A stretch of 47,144 nucleotides of DNA, taken from Desulfurococcaceae archaeon (GTDB lineage: Archaea; Thermoproteota; Thermoprotei_A; Sulfolobales; Desulfurococcaceae). The stretch's first letter is position 1, and each line of letters starts with the position of its first letter. Shown here piece after piece: positions 1-9,151 of the stretch. The DNA lies in assembly GCA_038824035.1 (NCBI GenBank), contig JAWBBW010000010.1, positions 1 through 47,144 of the forward strand. The letters run 5' to 3'. Below the pieces are notes generated by a model. It made no database searches, was not told where the DNA came from, and worked only from the letters and a program-made list of their open reading frames with translations. A program made the position numbers and the translations under genes.

Positions 1-591
1 TTCGATGCATTGGTTAAAGGCGTTTTCGATGACACTACAAGGGATGATCTTAAGGGAAGGCTTGATTGGGTAGGGATCAATTATTACTCCCGCGTGGTCA
101 TCACTAAGAGATATGTGAGCGGCGATAGGTATATACCATTCGTAGTGCCTGGTTATGGGCATAATTGCTCGCCGAACGGTAGATCACTGGATAATAGGCC
201 CACATCCGATCTCGGGTGGGAGATCTATCCAGAAGGACTGTATAATGTCCTTGTCGAGATTTGGAGAAGATACGGCTTACCAATTATAATCACCGAGAAC
301 GGTATTGCAGATGAAAGGGATCAGTGGAGGTCGTGGTTCCTCGTCTCACATATATACCAAGCTTATAGGGCCTTATCTGATGGAGTGGCATTGAAAGGCT
401 ACCTTCACTGGAACTTGATAGATAATTATGAGTGGTCGTCAGGTTTCAAGATGCGATTCGGCCTAGTATATGTCGATTATCAGACAAAGAAAAGGTACCT
501 GAGACCTAGCGCATTCGTGTTCAGAGAAATAGCTTCAAGGAAAGAAATACCAAATGAACTAGAACACCTGGTTAACCCACCCACATTATAA
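1..591 (+). CDS. Glycoside hydrolase family 1 beta-glycosidase, 5'-truncated by window edge
   Basis: Frame is open from base 1. GH1 motifs GINYY, ITENG (nucleophile Glu) and GYLHWNLIDNYEW..GF..RFGL. Confidence 0.95.
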   Translation, partial: FDALVKGVFDDTTRDDLKGRLDWVGINYYSRVVITKRYVSGDRYIPFVVPGYGHNCSPNGRSLDNRPTSDLGWEIYPEGLYNVLVEIWRRYGLPIIITENGIADERDQWRSWFLVSHIYQAYRALSDGVALKGYLHWNLIDNYEWSSGFKMRFGLVYVDYQTKKRYLRPSAFVFREIASRKEIPNELEHLVNPPTL

Positions 592-609
592 GTCGAGAGA
601 CCGTATGAA

Positions 610-1989
610 TCAATCGGTTTTCTTCGCAATTGGGTGGATGTAATCAATCGGTGCTTTTTCAAATACCTCGAGGTATTTTCTCAACACCTTTGGAACGGTG
701 ATTGTGCCGTCCTCGTTCTGATGATTCTCTAGTATTGCCGTTATAGTCCTAGTACTGGCTATCGCTGTGCTGTTTAATGTGTGGACATATTCCTTGATCA
801 TGCCCTTACGCCTGATCAGCCTGATCTTTAGCCTATAGCTCTGCCAATCAGTGGTATTGCTACAGCTCACCATCTCTCTATAGAGACCCTGAGCGGGCAT
901 CCAGACCTCGAGATCATATTTCTTGGCGGCAGGGGCGCCTAGATCGCCGCTTGCTATGTTCACGACCCTGTATGGAAGTTCTAGCCCCTTAAACAATTCT
1001 TCCGCATTTGTGATCAACTCCTCCATGACATCCCAACTCTCCTCGGGTTTAGCGAACACGTATTGTTCCACTTTGTGGAACTGGTGGACCCTGAAAATTC
1101 CCTTTAAATCCCTTGAACCAGCGCCAGCTTCTTTCCTGAAACAAGGGGATATGCCAACATATTTTAATGGAAGGACTTCTTCCGGTATATCCTCGAAAGC
1201 ATGGAGAGCGGCAAGGGAGTGCTCAGCTGTCGCTATTAGGTATAGGTCTTCGTCCTCGATCTTATAAATGGCATCTTTGAATGTAGGTAAATCTATGACA
1301 CCCATCATTATGTTATGCCTTAGCATATAAGGAGGTAGCACTAGTCTATACCCTTTTTTAGTCAAGGAATCAATGGCGTACATTAAGAGAGCCATATCTA
1401 GAAACACTATATCATCGAATAAGTAGTAAAACCTGCTACCAGCTACTTTGCCGGCTTTAATCGTATCACCTAGTTTCAACACATTTTCAAGCATATCAGC
1501 ATGGCCAATTGGTTTCCAGTCGATCACCTCGTAATCCACGTTAAATCCATATCTCTCGGTCTGTTGTTTGAATAGATCCAGGTACTCGTGCCATACCTTT
1601 GGTTTGCCGTAAAACCTTATTGGCTGGTTATAAGAATCATCAGGCCCTATTGGGACGGATTCATGAACTATATTTGGTAATTTTAATAAAGCCTCTTCAC
1701 GATTAATCTCTAGTTCACGTAGTTTCTTCTCCAGCTCGTTCAGCTCTTCAAGCAGTTTCCTAGCTTCTTCGAGCTTCTTCTCCTTTTCCTGGCCGCTCAG
1801 TTTCGGTATTTCCCTGCTTATGATATTGTGTTTATGCCTTATTTCCTGTACAAGTGTTAATAGCTTTCTCCACTCGTAGTCAAGTCTATATGCTTCATCA
1901 ACTATATTTGGATCCATGAATCTCTTAGCCACATGTTCTTTCAATTTATCGGGATTTTCTCTCAGTAATGCAAGTATGCTCCAGCTCAA
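610..1989 (-). CDS. serS: Seryl-tRNA synthetase
   Basis: N-terminal coiled-coil arm, [51 protein letters not shown] upstream of the TTG start. Confidence 0.97.
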   Translation of the reverse strand: MSWSILALLRENPDKLKEHVAKRFMDPNIVDEAYRLDYEWRKLLTLVQEIRHKHNIISREIPKLSGQEKEKKLEEARKLLEELNELEKKLRELEINREEALLKLPNIVHESVPIGPDDSYNQPIRFYGKPKVWHEYLDLFKQQTERYGFNVDYEVIDWKPIGHADMLENVLKLGDTIKAGKVAGSRFYYLFDDIVFLDMALLMYAIDSLTKKGYRLVLPPYMLRHNIMMGVIDLPTFKDAIYKIEDEDLYLIATAEHSLAALHAFEDIPEEVLPLKYVGISPCFRKEAGAGSRDLKGIFRVHQFHKVEQYVFAKPEESWDVMEELITNAEELFKGLELPYRVVNIASGDLGAPAAKKYDLEVWMPAQGLYREMVSCSNTTDWQSYRLKIRLIRRKGMIKEYVHTLNSTAIASTRTITAILENHQNEDGTITVPKVLRKYLEVFEKAPIDYIHPIAKKTD

Positions 1990-2108
1990 CTAAGACACCA
2001 CAATATATTTTGTAATTTTGATTTAATTACGTCATAATAATCTAGTGAAAGAAGTATTTAATAACCAAGAAGAGATCAAGTCAATAGTGGGGCTTATTAA
2101 AACATGAT

Positions 2109-2477
2109 TTATTCCCTATCCGTTCTTGTGCTCTGTATATATGTCTCAACTATGTCATAGCCAAATCTCTCTTTGAATAAAGCCCTGCCTTTCTCAGTCA
2201 TTTTTGTTGGATTCCATGGAGGATCATAGACTATATCTATGTCCGTGTCTACTCCCAGCTTGTCCTTAAGCTGGTCTATCACCATTAACGGTATATAAGT
2301 TGCCAGCGGGCAAAATGTCGTGGTAAACCCCATTGATATCTTGACGTGTTTTTCATCTATGATCTGTATATCGTAGATCAAACCCAGGTTATATATATCG
2401 ATCCCTATTTCCGGGTCAATTATGTTCTCCAAGATCTCTATGACCTTTTTCTTGAGTTCCTCGGTCATTGTGAACAC
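2109..2477 (-). CDS. DUF59/SufT-type Fe-S cluster assembly factor
   Basis: DPEIGIDIYNLGLIY, TTTFCPLA and DPPW motifs. Confidence 0.88.
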   Translation of the reverse strand: MFTMTEELKKKVIEILENIIDPEIGIDIYNLGLIYDIQIIDEKHVKISMGFTTTFCPLATYIPLMVIDQLKDKLGVDTDIDIVYDPPWNPTKMTEKGRALFKERFGYDIVETYIQSTRTDRE

Positions 2478-2511
2478 CTATAACAATGTTAATTATGGAA
2501 TCCTATTAAAT

Positions 2512-2802
2512 CTATCGCCTCATGTAATCCCTCACAAGCGATGCCCACAAGTCTTCAGGAGGCTTTCTAGATATCTCCTTGGCTATTTTATGTAATATTC
2601 TTATCTCGACGTCAATTGCATAATCCAATGGTATTCCACGGCGATTATTGCGTTCCCACTCGTCAAATAGCCTATTAAGTATTGTCTGAACCTCTGGTTG
2701 TGAGTAAAAAGCCACTTTGTAGGCGATTTCACGGCTTTCATCAATGATCTCGATGATCTCCTTTTTCATTTTCGATATCTTATCATTATCTGGATCCAAC
2801 AT
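2512..2802 (-). CDS. Hypothetical protein (96 aa)
   Basis: ORF fills the gap between co-oriented genes, has an upstream AGG-rich RBS and a charged helical composition. No family recognised. Confidence 0.7.
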   Translation of the reverse strand: MLDPDNDKISKMKKEIIEIIDESREIAYKVAFYSQPEVQTILNRLFDEWERNNRRGIPLDYAIDVEIRILHKIAKEISRKPPEDLWASLVRDYMRR

Positions 2803-2817
2803 GTGTCCTACCTTGAA

Positions 2818-3810
2818 TTACAATATTTCCTCGAACCTTAAATAACCCAGCCCAGTTCGCCTCATCTCCTCTAAAACCCATCCCCACATCTCTTTGAGCA
2901 CTAGTATAGCCGCATAGGGCGGTATAACGCCGTTCTCAGTAACTATCGCGTCTATATACCTGGGCGGTGTTATATCAAAGGATGGGTTTAAGACCTCGAT
3001 ACCGGGATGCTTGTTGAGCCACTCCTCTGGTACTATTTCCCTTGGATCCCTGAACTCTATTACGACTGGATCGCCCATCAATGTCATCGGCGAGAACTTG
3101 TAGGATTCGGCGATCACCTGTACTGGCACCCCATGTTCCTTGGCTACAGCCGCTACTTGGCTTGTGCCGATCTTATTCACAACTTCACCTATAGCAGTGA
3201 CTGTGTCGGCGCCTATCACCACGTGATCTACTTCGTGCATCACATATCTTATAGCTGAATCGGGTATTTGTATGACAGGCACATTGTTTTCCAGCAATTG
3301 TGTACTCGTGATCCTGCCTTGGTAGAAAGGCCTTGTCTCAGTACTATACGCTTTCACCACTTTGCCCAATTTATATGCCTCTATGATCGTCTTTACAGCC
3401 GCTGTGCTATGGCAATGGGTTAATACAACGGAGTTCTCCCTTATCCTCTTGGCGCCTATTTTACTGGCTTTGTCAACTGCTTCGAGGCTTTGCTTAATAA
3501 ATCTCTCAGCCCTCTCCGCCACTATTTCATGGGCATCCTTGTAGGAACCGGCGTTGAGTAAACCGCTGATCACATATATCACGGCATTTGGCAAACTCAC
3601 AGCTGTGGGCCTCGTTGAGATCAAGATATCGGCCACTCTCCCCATGTATTTCTTGAAAACGGCTAGTTCATGGGGGCCTTTGTAATTGATCGATGCCTGT
3701 TTCAATGCCTCCGCGGCAGATCTCGCTATTTTACCTGCGCCTCTGATCTTCATCACCTTTATATCATTGGCTATTTGCAACACTATTTGGGGTATCTCGG
3801 GGATTGTCAT
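2818..3810 (-). CDS. Ribose-1,5-bisphosphate isomerase (eIF-2B alpha/beta/delta family)
   Basis: IRGAGKIA, RPTAVSL, THCHS (catalytic Cys), ETRP, GAD (catalytic Asp), NKIGT, FDITP. Confidence 0.88.
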   Translation of the reverse strand: MTIPEIPQIVLQIANDIKVMKIRGAGKIARSAAEALKQASINYKGPHELAVFKKYMGRVADILISTRPTAVSLPNAVIYVISGLLNAGSYKDAHEIVAERAERFIKQSLEAVDKASKIGAKRIRENSVVLTHCHSTAAVKTIIEAYKLGKVVKAYSTETRPFYQGRITSTQLLENNVPVIQIPDSAIRYVMHEVDHVVIGADTVTAIGEVVNKIGTSQVAAVAKEHGVPVQVIAESYKFSPMTLMGDPVVIEFRDPREIVPEEWLNKHPGIEVLNPSFDITPPRYIDAIVTENGVIPPYAAILVLKEMWGWVLEEMRRTGLGYLRFEEIL

Positions 3811-4757
3811 GTCGAATACCTCTTCTTGACCTCTGTTACCAAGTCTCTAAGCAAAGGGGTTTTTGCGAAACGAACGTATTGATCTTTCATGTAAATCTGC
3901 ACCATGTAGGGTGATATCAAGCCATGCTCAGTGGCTAGGTAATCAATGTAGTGGGGAGGGGTTATATCGTAAACTGGAACAAGGGCGCTGTAACTGGGCG
4001 GTAATGTGCTCCTGATATCGCTTGTCATCAAGACCTCCCAGCCCTTCTCAGGTATTTTGGGCCTCTCCCTCTCCATTAACTCGTAATAGAATTTGTGAGT
4101 GGGGGTTATGGATATCACTTCTTTGTTAAACTCCTTGGCTATGAATGCCAGTACACTGGTTCCAACCTTGCCCACAATAGAGCCATCTGGTAACACAGCC
4201 TCGGCACCTATAACCACCTTGTCTACGTTTTTCATGAAAAACCTCATGGCTGAATCAACTATGAGGAACACCTTTAAACCAAGGCTCTCAACGTACTCGG
4301 CCAGTGAAAGCCCTTCGAGACCGGGCCTAGATTCGGCCACGTACACATTTATTTTCAAACCCCTTGATTTCAATAAACCCAGTAATCTCCTAATACTCAT
4401 GCAATTAGTATTAACCATTAAGGTATCCCCGTTCTCAAAACGCTTAGACGCTGTTTCAATGGACTTGGTAAGGGCTCCTAGGTATTCTTCTCTCAGATTC
4501 AACACCAGCGATTTCACCTCGTCGAGCCCTTTTTCGAGAACATGGCTCACTACGATCTTGAGCAAATTCAGTGCGGCAACTGAAAACGGCCTTTCACGCA
4601 TTAATTCCTCGTATATCTCGATTATGGTTTTCGAGAGAACAACCGAGTCATTTATCGAGGTATTCACGATCTTGTCCATAATGTTTAACACTAGCTCGGA
4701 GGCGGAGAGCCTCTTGGCAAATCCATGTTTGATCAATTCCTGGGACATGGACACCAC
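3807..4757 (-). CDS. Second eIF-2B-family protein, divergent paralogue
   Basis: ESRPGLEG, IVDSA, GAEAV, GKVGT, YDITP..YIDYLATEHG. Lacks IRGA and THCHS. 4-nt overlap with the downstream isomerase. Confidence 0.85.
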   Translation of the reverse strand: MVSMSQELIKHGFAKRLSASELVLNIMDKIVNTSINDSVVLSKTIIEIYEELMRERPFSVAALNLLKIVVSHVLEKGLDEVKSLVLNLREEYLGALTKSIETASKRFENGDTLMVNTNCMSIRRLLGLLKSRGLKINVYVAESRPGLEGLSLAEYVESLGLKVFLIVDSAMRFFMKNVDKVVIGAEAVLPDGSIVGKVGTSVLAFIAKEFNKEVISITPTHKFYYELMERERPKIPEKGWEVLMTSDIRSTLPPSYSALVPVYDITPPHYIDYLATEHGLISPYMVQIYMKDQYVRFAKTPLLRDLVTEVKKRYST

Positions 4758-4765
4758 ATCTTAAT

Positions 4766-5644
4766 TTACATTTTTGCTTCAATTATAAACTCAACTAGTT
4801 TCTCAGCGAAGACTTCGAAATTCAAGGGATCGGTTTTCAAGGGGATATCGAAAACAGTCATTGGCTTACCGGCTAGGTCCAGCACACTGCTCGTTTTAAC
4901 TCTCCATGTTTTCAAATCAGGTGTTAATGCCTCCACGCTCATCCTATACCTGCTACCAGGGTAGATCAGTAGTTTCGAGGGCGAGGCAACGAGGACTATG
5001 TCAGACTCGAGGGCCAGCCTAGTCGGCGCGGCCACGTCGTTATAACCCTCTATCACGATCACATCATATTCCTCTATAATGCTCTTCAATGATCTATCTA
5101 TTGAGTTATATATCGATTCATTATCCAATAGCTCCTCGAGGAAATTAACCGGCTCATCATATATATGTGCACGGGCTTTCACAATATTGTTCAATACGCT
5201 TTCCAATACTTTTCTCAAATACCTTGACAGGTATTTTACATTGTCCGGGAATAAGAAATACGTGTCGATATCGGAGACAGGGTCACTTAACCTAGCTAAG
5301 ATAGCCTGCTCACTCAGGGACATAGTCGTGTTCACATATGCCTTGAATCCTCGGCGATACTCAAGTGGGTCCAATGGAAATGTCAACACATCTAATGGGT
5401 TCACCAGCCTTATTTTACTCAATAAACCCAGTTCACGAGCAACGATATAGGCATCATGCCCTATTAAGAGCCCTAGTTCAGCGGTGTATTGTAATGTATC
5501 CGGCTGATACCACCCACTGTGTCCGGCAACAGGCTTTAAATAGAAAACTCTGTATCCGCGGTTTCTCAAGCGCTTTGATAATTCTAACGTGATCGTGGTT
5601 TTCCCGGATTCATGGGGCAATAGCCCTGTTACAAGTATTTGCAA
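4766..5644 (-). CDS. Uncharacterised P-loop ATPase (BioD/CobQ-like fold, COG4028-like)
   Basis: N-terminal TGLLPHESGKTT Walker A, KPVAGHS, and VIVIEG Walker B. Confidence 0.75.
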   Translation of the reverse strand: MQILVTGLLPHESGKTTITLELSKRLRNRGYRVFYLKPVAGHSGWYQPDTLQYTAELGLLIGHDAYIVARELGLLSKIRLVNPLDVLTFPLDPLEYRRGFKAYVNTTMSLSEQAILARLSDPVSDIDTYFLFPDNVKYLSRYLRKVLESVLNNIVKARAHIYDEPVNFLEELLDNESIYNSIDRSLKSIIEEYDVIVIEGYNDVAAPTRLALESDIVLVASPSKLLIYPGSRYRMSVEALTPDLKTWRVKTSSVLDLAGKPMTVFDIPLKTDPLNFEVFAEKLVEFIIEAKM

Positions 5645-5708
5645 TTAGAACACCCTTGTTTATTTTTAAACTTGCCTAGGATATGTGAATATACACGAGG
5701 TGATTAAA

Positions 5709-7205
5709 TTGAAAATGACTACTTGTTTACTAGTGTTCTTCACGTTGTTCTCGCTATTTTCAACCCTATTATTTAACACACATGTTTATTCTCAACAAGA
5801 GTTCATGATACCTCTACATGTAGTTGTACTGTACCTACCTAACAGCGACATCAACAAGTTGTCTCAGAAACTGGCCGAGAGAAACATAAGTCTCTTCTAC
5901 ATGCCAGTGGAGCTTGATGGACCCAGGAATTACGATTATTACTTATACTGGATGATCACAGGTATGCGGCCTGAAAGCGATTATAAAATGGGTAAAGACG
6001 CCTATATTCACGTCGACCAGGAATTACTGATTGAAATGTGGAATAGAACTGTGTTCATAGATGTACCCTTAGTTGATCCATGGGTTCACAACGCTAGCAT
6101 GAACCCCCTTTACAACTTGACAAACAACTTCATATCTCCAAGGATATTTAATGTCCCGATAAATGGTAGTGTGTACTGGGATGAGTTAGAGACAAATGTC
6201 TTTGTTACACGAAATCTAAGCGAAATAGTGATCATGCTTGAGAGATTTAACAGGACATATACAATTAGTTCGGTGGGTGGTAGTGTTGGGCCCAGTATAA
6301 TAGAGATATACAATTCCACGGCACTGAGAGAGGGCGGGTACTACATAATGTTATACCTGGTCAACATGACAGATGATTCTGTTGTATTGTTTACGCCGGG
6401 CGTTGTAAGTGATATTGGCTGGGCCTCGCCCAGGTTTGGCAAGGTCCCTGGTTACAACGTGCATTGGTCTCTGTTATCAAAGCAGATCATCTCACAGCTC
6501 ACAGAGGATGCTATAAGATGGTGGTTTAACCAAACATTGATCACGATGGACAATTACCTGGCAACGGCCATCACCACGATAGGTGTACCTGTGTACTTCG
6601 TTTACGCACCATATATCGAGATAGCCATGGAGATGCTCCCACGTGATTTGTTCGAGAAAGTGGAGAATGATGCTTATTACTGGATAGCCGAGTTCGTGGA
6701 TAGGACGATCACTAAGAGACTGGATAATTGCACGTTCATCGTGTTTAATCCATTTAGTGATCTAGGGGTGGGATATCTAGCATATGTGAACGCTATGCCA
6801 CTTACAAGGCTTAATCCATCAATAACGACGAGCCAAGCAGTTTCACTAATACTCTCACTTAGTAAGTTATACCCTCTGAGTTTCCAATTGATCCTGGATG
6901 AGATGTTCAACGCCAAGGCTGAAGCCACAACGCTCTCTCTCAAAATCAAGGACCTGGAGAGACTCGTGAATAACTTGAACTCGACCATAGCTAGTTTAAA
7001 CGTCTCTCTAGCTTTCTGTGAAAGCGAGAGGAATATATTAGATGCCAGGGTCAAGGCCATTGACATGGATTTGAAAAGAGCAGAGGATTTGAAAAGGGCT
7101 GCCTACACTTATGTGACAATGGGCATAGCAGTCACATTCGTGATCGGGATATCTATTGGCACTCTCTTACTGAGAAGTGTTGGCAAGGCAAGGCAAAAGC
7201 GGTGA
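5709..7205 (+). CDS. Secreted, C-terminally membrane-anchored glycoprotein with coiled-coil stalk
   Basis: N-terminal hydrophobic signal, about 13 N-x-S/T sequons, heptad region near the C-terminus, then a TM helix and basic tail. Start moved to TTG 5709 after GAGGTGA. Confidence 0.8.
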   Translation: MKMTTCLLVFFTLFSLFSTLLFNTHVYSQQEFMIPLHVVVLYLPNSDINKLSQKLAERNISLFYMPVELDGPRNYDYYLYWMITGMRPESDYKMGKDAYIHVDQELLIEMWNRTVFIDVPLVDPWVHNASMNPLYNLTNNFISPRIFNVPINGSVYWDELETNVFVTRNLSEIVIMLERFNRTYTISSVGGSVGPSIIEIYNSTALREGGYYIMLYLVNMTDDSVVLFTPGVVSDIGWASPRFGKVPGYNVHWSLLSKQIISQLTEDAIRWWFNQTLITMDNYLATAITTIGVPVYFVYAPYIEIAMEMLPRDLFEKVENDAYYWIAEFVDRTITKRLDNCTFIVFNPFSDLGVGYLAYVNAMPLTRLNPSITTSQAVSLILSLSKLYPLSFQLILDEMFNAKAEATTLSLKIKDLERLVNNLNSTIASLNVSLAFCESERNILDARVKAIDMDLKRAEDLKRAAYTYVTMGIAVTFVIGISIGTLLLRSVGKARQKR

Positions 7206-7643
7206 TCACTGGTTGAGAAACCCGTAGACCTTTAAAGAGAGAAGTAATATAGCTATAAACGATATAGCCGCATTCCCAATCAAGCTATCGCTTTTAAACA
7301 ACTTGAGTGAAAACCTCCTGGTTGAAAAAGGATATGCTATGTAAACGCCTCTTATGGTCAAGGCATCTAATAGTACATGGCTTATCCAGCCAATCAATAG
7401 TAACGTGGATTTATCTATGAGCATTGTAAGCTTCAAATACCCGAGGAATATATATAATAAGAGCCATACGACAACGGGCACGAAGATATTATGTAATAGC
7501 TTCCTGTGTTTAAACCTGAGATCTAGGTCGGGTATCATGGATCCAATGCTGGCTATAAACCCGTGAACACCGGCCTCGAGAGGACTAGATGCGGTGTAAA
7601 CTCCTATTGTGAACCCCGTGATCACATGGGTATATCGTTTCAT
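7206..7643 (-). CDS. Membrane metal-dependent hydrolase (YdjM-like)
   Basis: TH, PDLD, HRKLLH and SHVLLDALT motifs with hydrophobic segments. Confidence 0.82.
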   Translation of the reverse strand: MKRYTHVITGFTIGVYTASSPLEAGVHGFIASIGSMIPDLDLRFKHRKLLHNIFVPVVVWLLLYIFLGYLKLTMLIDKSTLLLIGWISHVLLDALTIRGVYIAYPFSTRRFSLKLFKSDSLIGNAAISFIAILLLSLKVYGFLNQ

Positions 7644-7667
7644 GGGATCGACACCAGGCCCTTTATC

Positions 7668-7720
7668 TCAGCCGAGGACCATGTCTTCATCAACCTCTGA
7701 TATCCCGGGGTATTCATCAC
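7668..7720 (-). ncRNA. C/D box methylation guide sRNA
   Basis: Minus strand reads GTGATGA (C)-ATACCCCGGGATAT-CAGA (D')-GGTTG-ATGAAGA (C')-CATGGTCCTCGG-CTGA (D). 53-nt core lying entirely between genes. Confidence 0.85.
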
Positions 7721-7748
7721 TGAGCTAAGAATATTTGTTAAATAGGTT

Positions 7749-8471
7749 TTAAACCTGGAGATCCCTGTTAAATGTAATAATCTTATCTGGGTATCCAACT
7801 ATGACGATGTCGACTAGTTGTTTTGATGGGAAAATGCCCGTCTCCACCACGCCATGTATTAATTTGAGCGTCTTGTGTATATTTTCGGGGTCTTTGAGCG
7901 GTTTTAGTGGTTTCAAATCGACGATGTAATTGCCATTATCGCTTAGGACTGGCCCATCTTTCCCACTTGAAACCCTCAATACCGGTTCAAATAAGTCCAA
8001 GTTCTTGATAGATTTCAACACGTGGTTTAAAGTAACTGGCACGATTTCAATGGGTATTGGTTTCAAGTAGAGGTAATCTACTCCGGTGTACTTGGTGTGG
8101 TCAATTATGTATATCCTTGTTCCAGACATATATGCAAGTGTTTTCTCTCGTAAGAAGGCACCGCCCCGGCCTTTTACCATGTCTAAATTAGAGTTGACCT
8201 CGTCAGCGCTATCTATATAGATGTCGATTCGATCGATCGAAATGGGATCAACAGTGTTCAAGCCGTGATTGACCAAATATAGGGCTGTGTCAGGCGAAGA
8301 CGCGACCACTACCTTGTCTTTTAAAAACCACGTGCAAATATCTATGAATATCTTGACAGTTGAGCCGGTCCCCATGCCCACGACGCGGGCATTCGCATAT
8401 CTCCTTGCTAGGAGTTCACAGGCATTTTCACATGCCTTTCGCTTGCTCATTTCAATATCGGGCATGGCCAT
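7749..8471 (-). CDS. rpiA: Ribose-5-phosphate isomerase A
   Basis: GMGTGSTV, DSADEV, KGRGGAFLREK, SDNGNYIVD, GVVETGIF. Start set at ATG 8471, 7 nt after GGTGA. Confidence 0.93.
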   Translation of the reverse strand: MAMPDIEMSKRKACENACELLARRYANARVVGMGTGSTVKIFIDICTWFLKDKVVVASSPDTALYLVNHGLNTVDPISIDRIDIYIDSADEVNSNLDMVKGRGGAFLREKTLAYMSGTRIYIIDHTKYTGVDYLYLKPIPIEIVPVTLNHVLKSIKNLDLFEPVLRVSSGKDGPVLSDNGNYIVDLKPLKPLKDPENIHKTLKLIHGVVETGIFPSKQLVDIVIVGYPDKIITFNRDLQV

Positions 8472-8558
8472 GTGCATATCACCATGCCAGGCATTTGTCA
8501 CTTATTACTAATAGTTTTATTTCTTCTCTTACAACCATAGTTAATGGTGAATTACTAA

Positions 8559-8975
8559 ACGAAGACATATATCTCGGTGGATCTAGAGAGATTACCCAGC
8601 GTGGCATTGTTAGCCATGATCAATCCGTAAAATAGCCCGTTCCAAGTAACATTGAGAACAACGACAAAGCTGGTTAACGTAATGGTTGAGGAACTGCATG
8701 GTGACGATTTCGACAAGGTATTTGTGGCTGATGGCCATGGATTAATGACCAATATTGGTTAAACTAGGCATTGATCAGAGGGCTCACTTGATACAGATAT
8801 ATCCTAGCCTTATAAAGTCGAAGCCATCTTCAAGGAGCCTATTGTAATGAGTATCCTGGAGAAATGGAGAATTCTCGAGAGAAGTGGGTATTATGTTGTC
8901 GAATTCAACGTTGACAACACATATGACTTGTTCACCATGATTGAGATCATGTCATTTATCGGGGCTGGTGTCTAA
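8559..8975 (+). pseudogene. Decayed M55-family D-aminopeptidase (DppA-like)
   Basis: One frame reads (ACG)KTYISVDLERLPSV...FDKVFVADGHGLMTNI...PYKVEAIF...ERSGYYVVEF, matching M55 motifs YIS.D.EG and V.V.DSHG.M.N. Four in-frame stops (8628, 8760, 8772, 8805). RBS GGTGA at 8546-8550 precedes an ACG (likely mutated ATG). Confidence 0.75.
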
Positions 8976-9035
8976 TGCTCGAGATCTGCTGTGAAATGGC
9001 CAGATCCCTTTGTTTTTCCCAATCACCAGTGGCTA

Positions 9036-9084
9036 TCAGACCAGGCCAGCATCTTCATTGGTCTGTTGAGGTGCATTTCATCAT
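9036..9084 (-). ncRNA. C/D box methylation guide sRNA
   Basis: Minus strand reads ATGATGA (C)-AATGCACCTCAA (12 nt)-CAGA (D')-CCA-ATGAAGA (C')-TGCTGGCCTGGT (12 nt)-CTGA (D). Canonical spacing, intergenic. Confidence 0.9.
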
Positions 9085-9108
9085 CGTGTTACAGAGATCC
9101 CGACACGC

Positions 9109-9116
9109 CTTAATAT
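9109..9116 (-). promoter_or_regulatory. Putative TATA box for the second C/D sRNA
   Basis: ATATTAAG on the minus strand about 25 nt upstream of the C box. Confidence 0.45.
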
Positions 9117-9142
9117 CCTCTAAACAAGTGACTTGGGCTTGT

Positions 9143-9149
9143 AAAAAAA
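9143..9149 (-). terminator. Oligo-T archaeal terminator of the aminotransferase gene
   Basis: T7 run on the minus strand starting 2 nt after the stop codon at 9152. Confidence 0.5.
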
Positions 9150-9151
9150 CG

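Noticed and set aside
4099-4764. Long antisense ORFs in the track (also 18552-19055, 25226-25774, 38558-39205, 40252-40713, 46017-46499 and others)
   Set aside because: They are shadows of well-supported genes on the opposite strand, with Ser/Ile/Pro-rich composition and no motifs.
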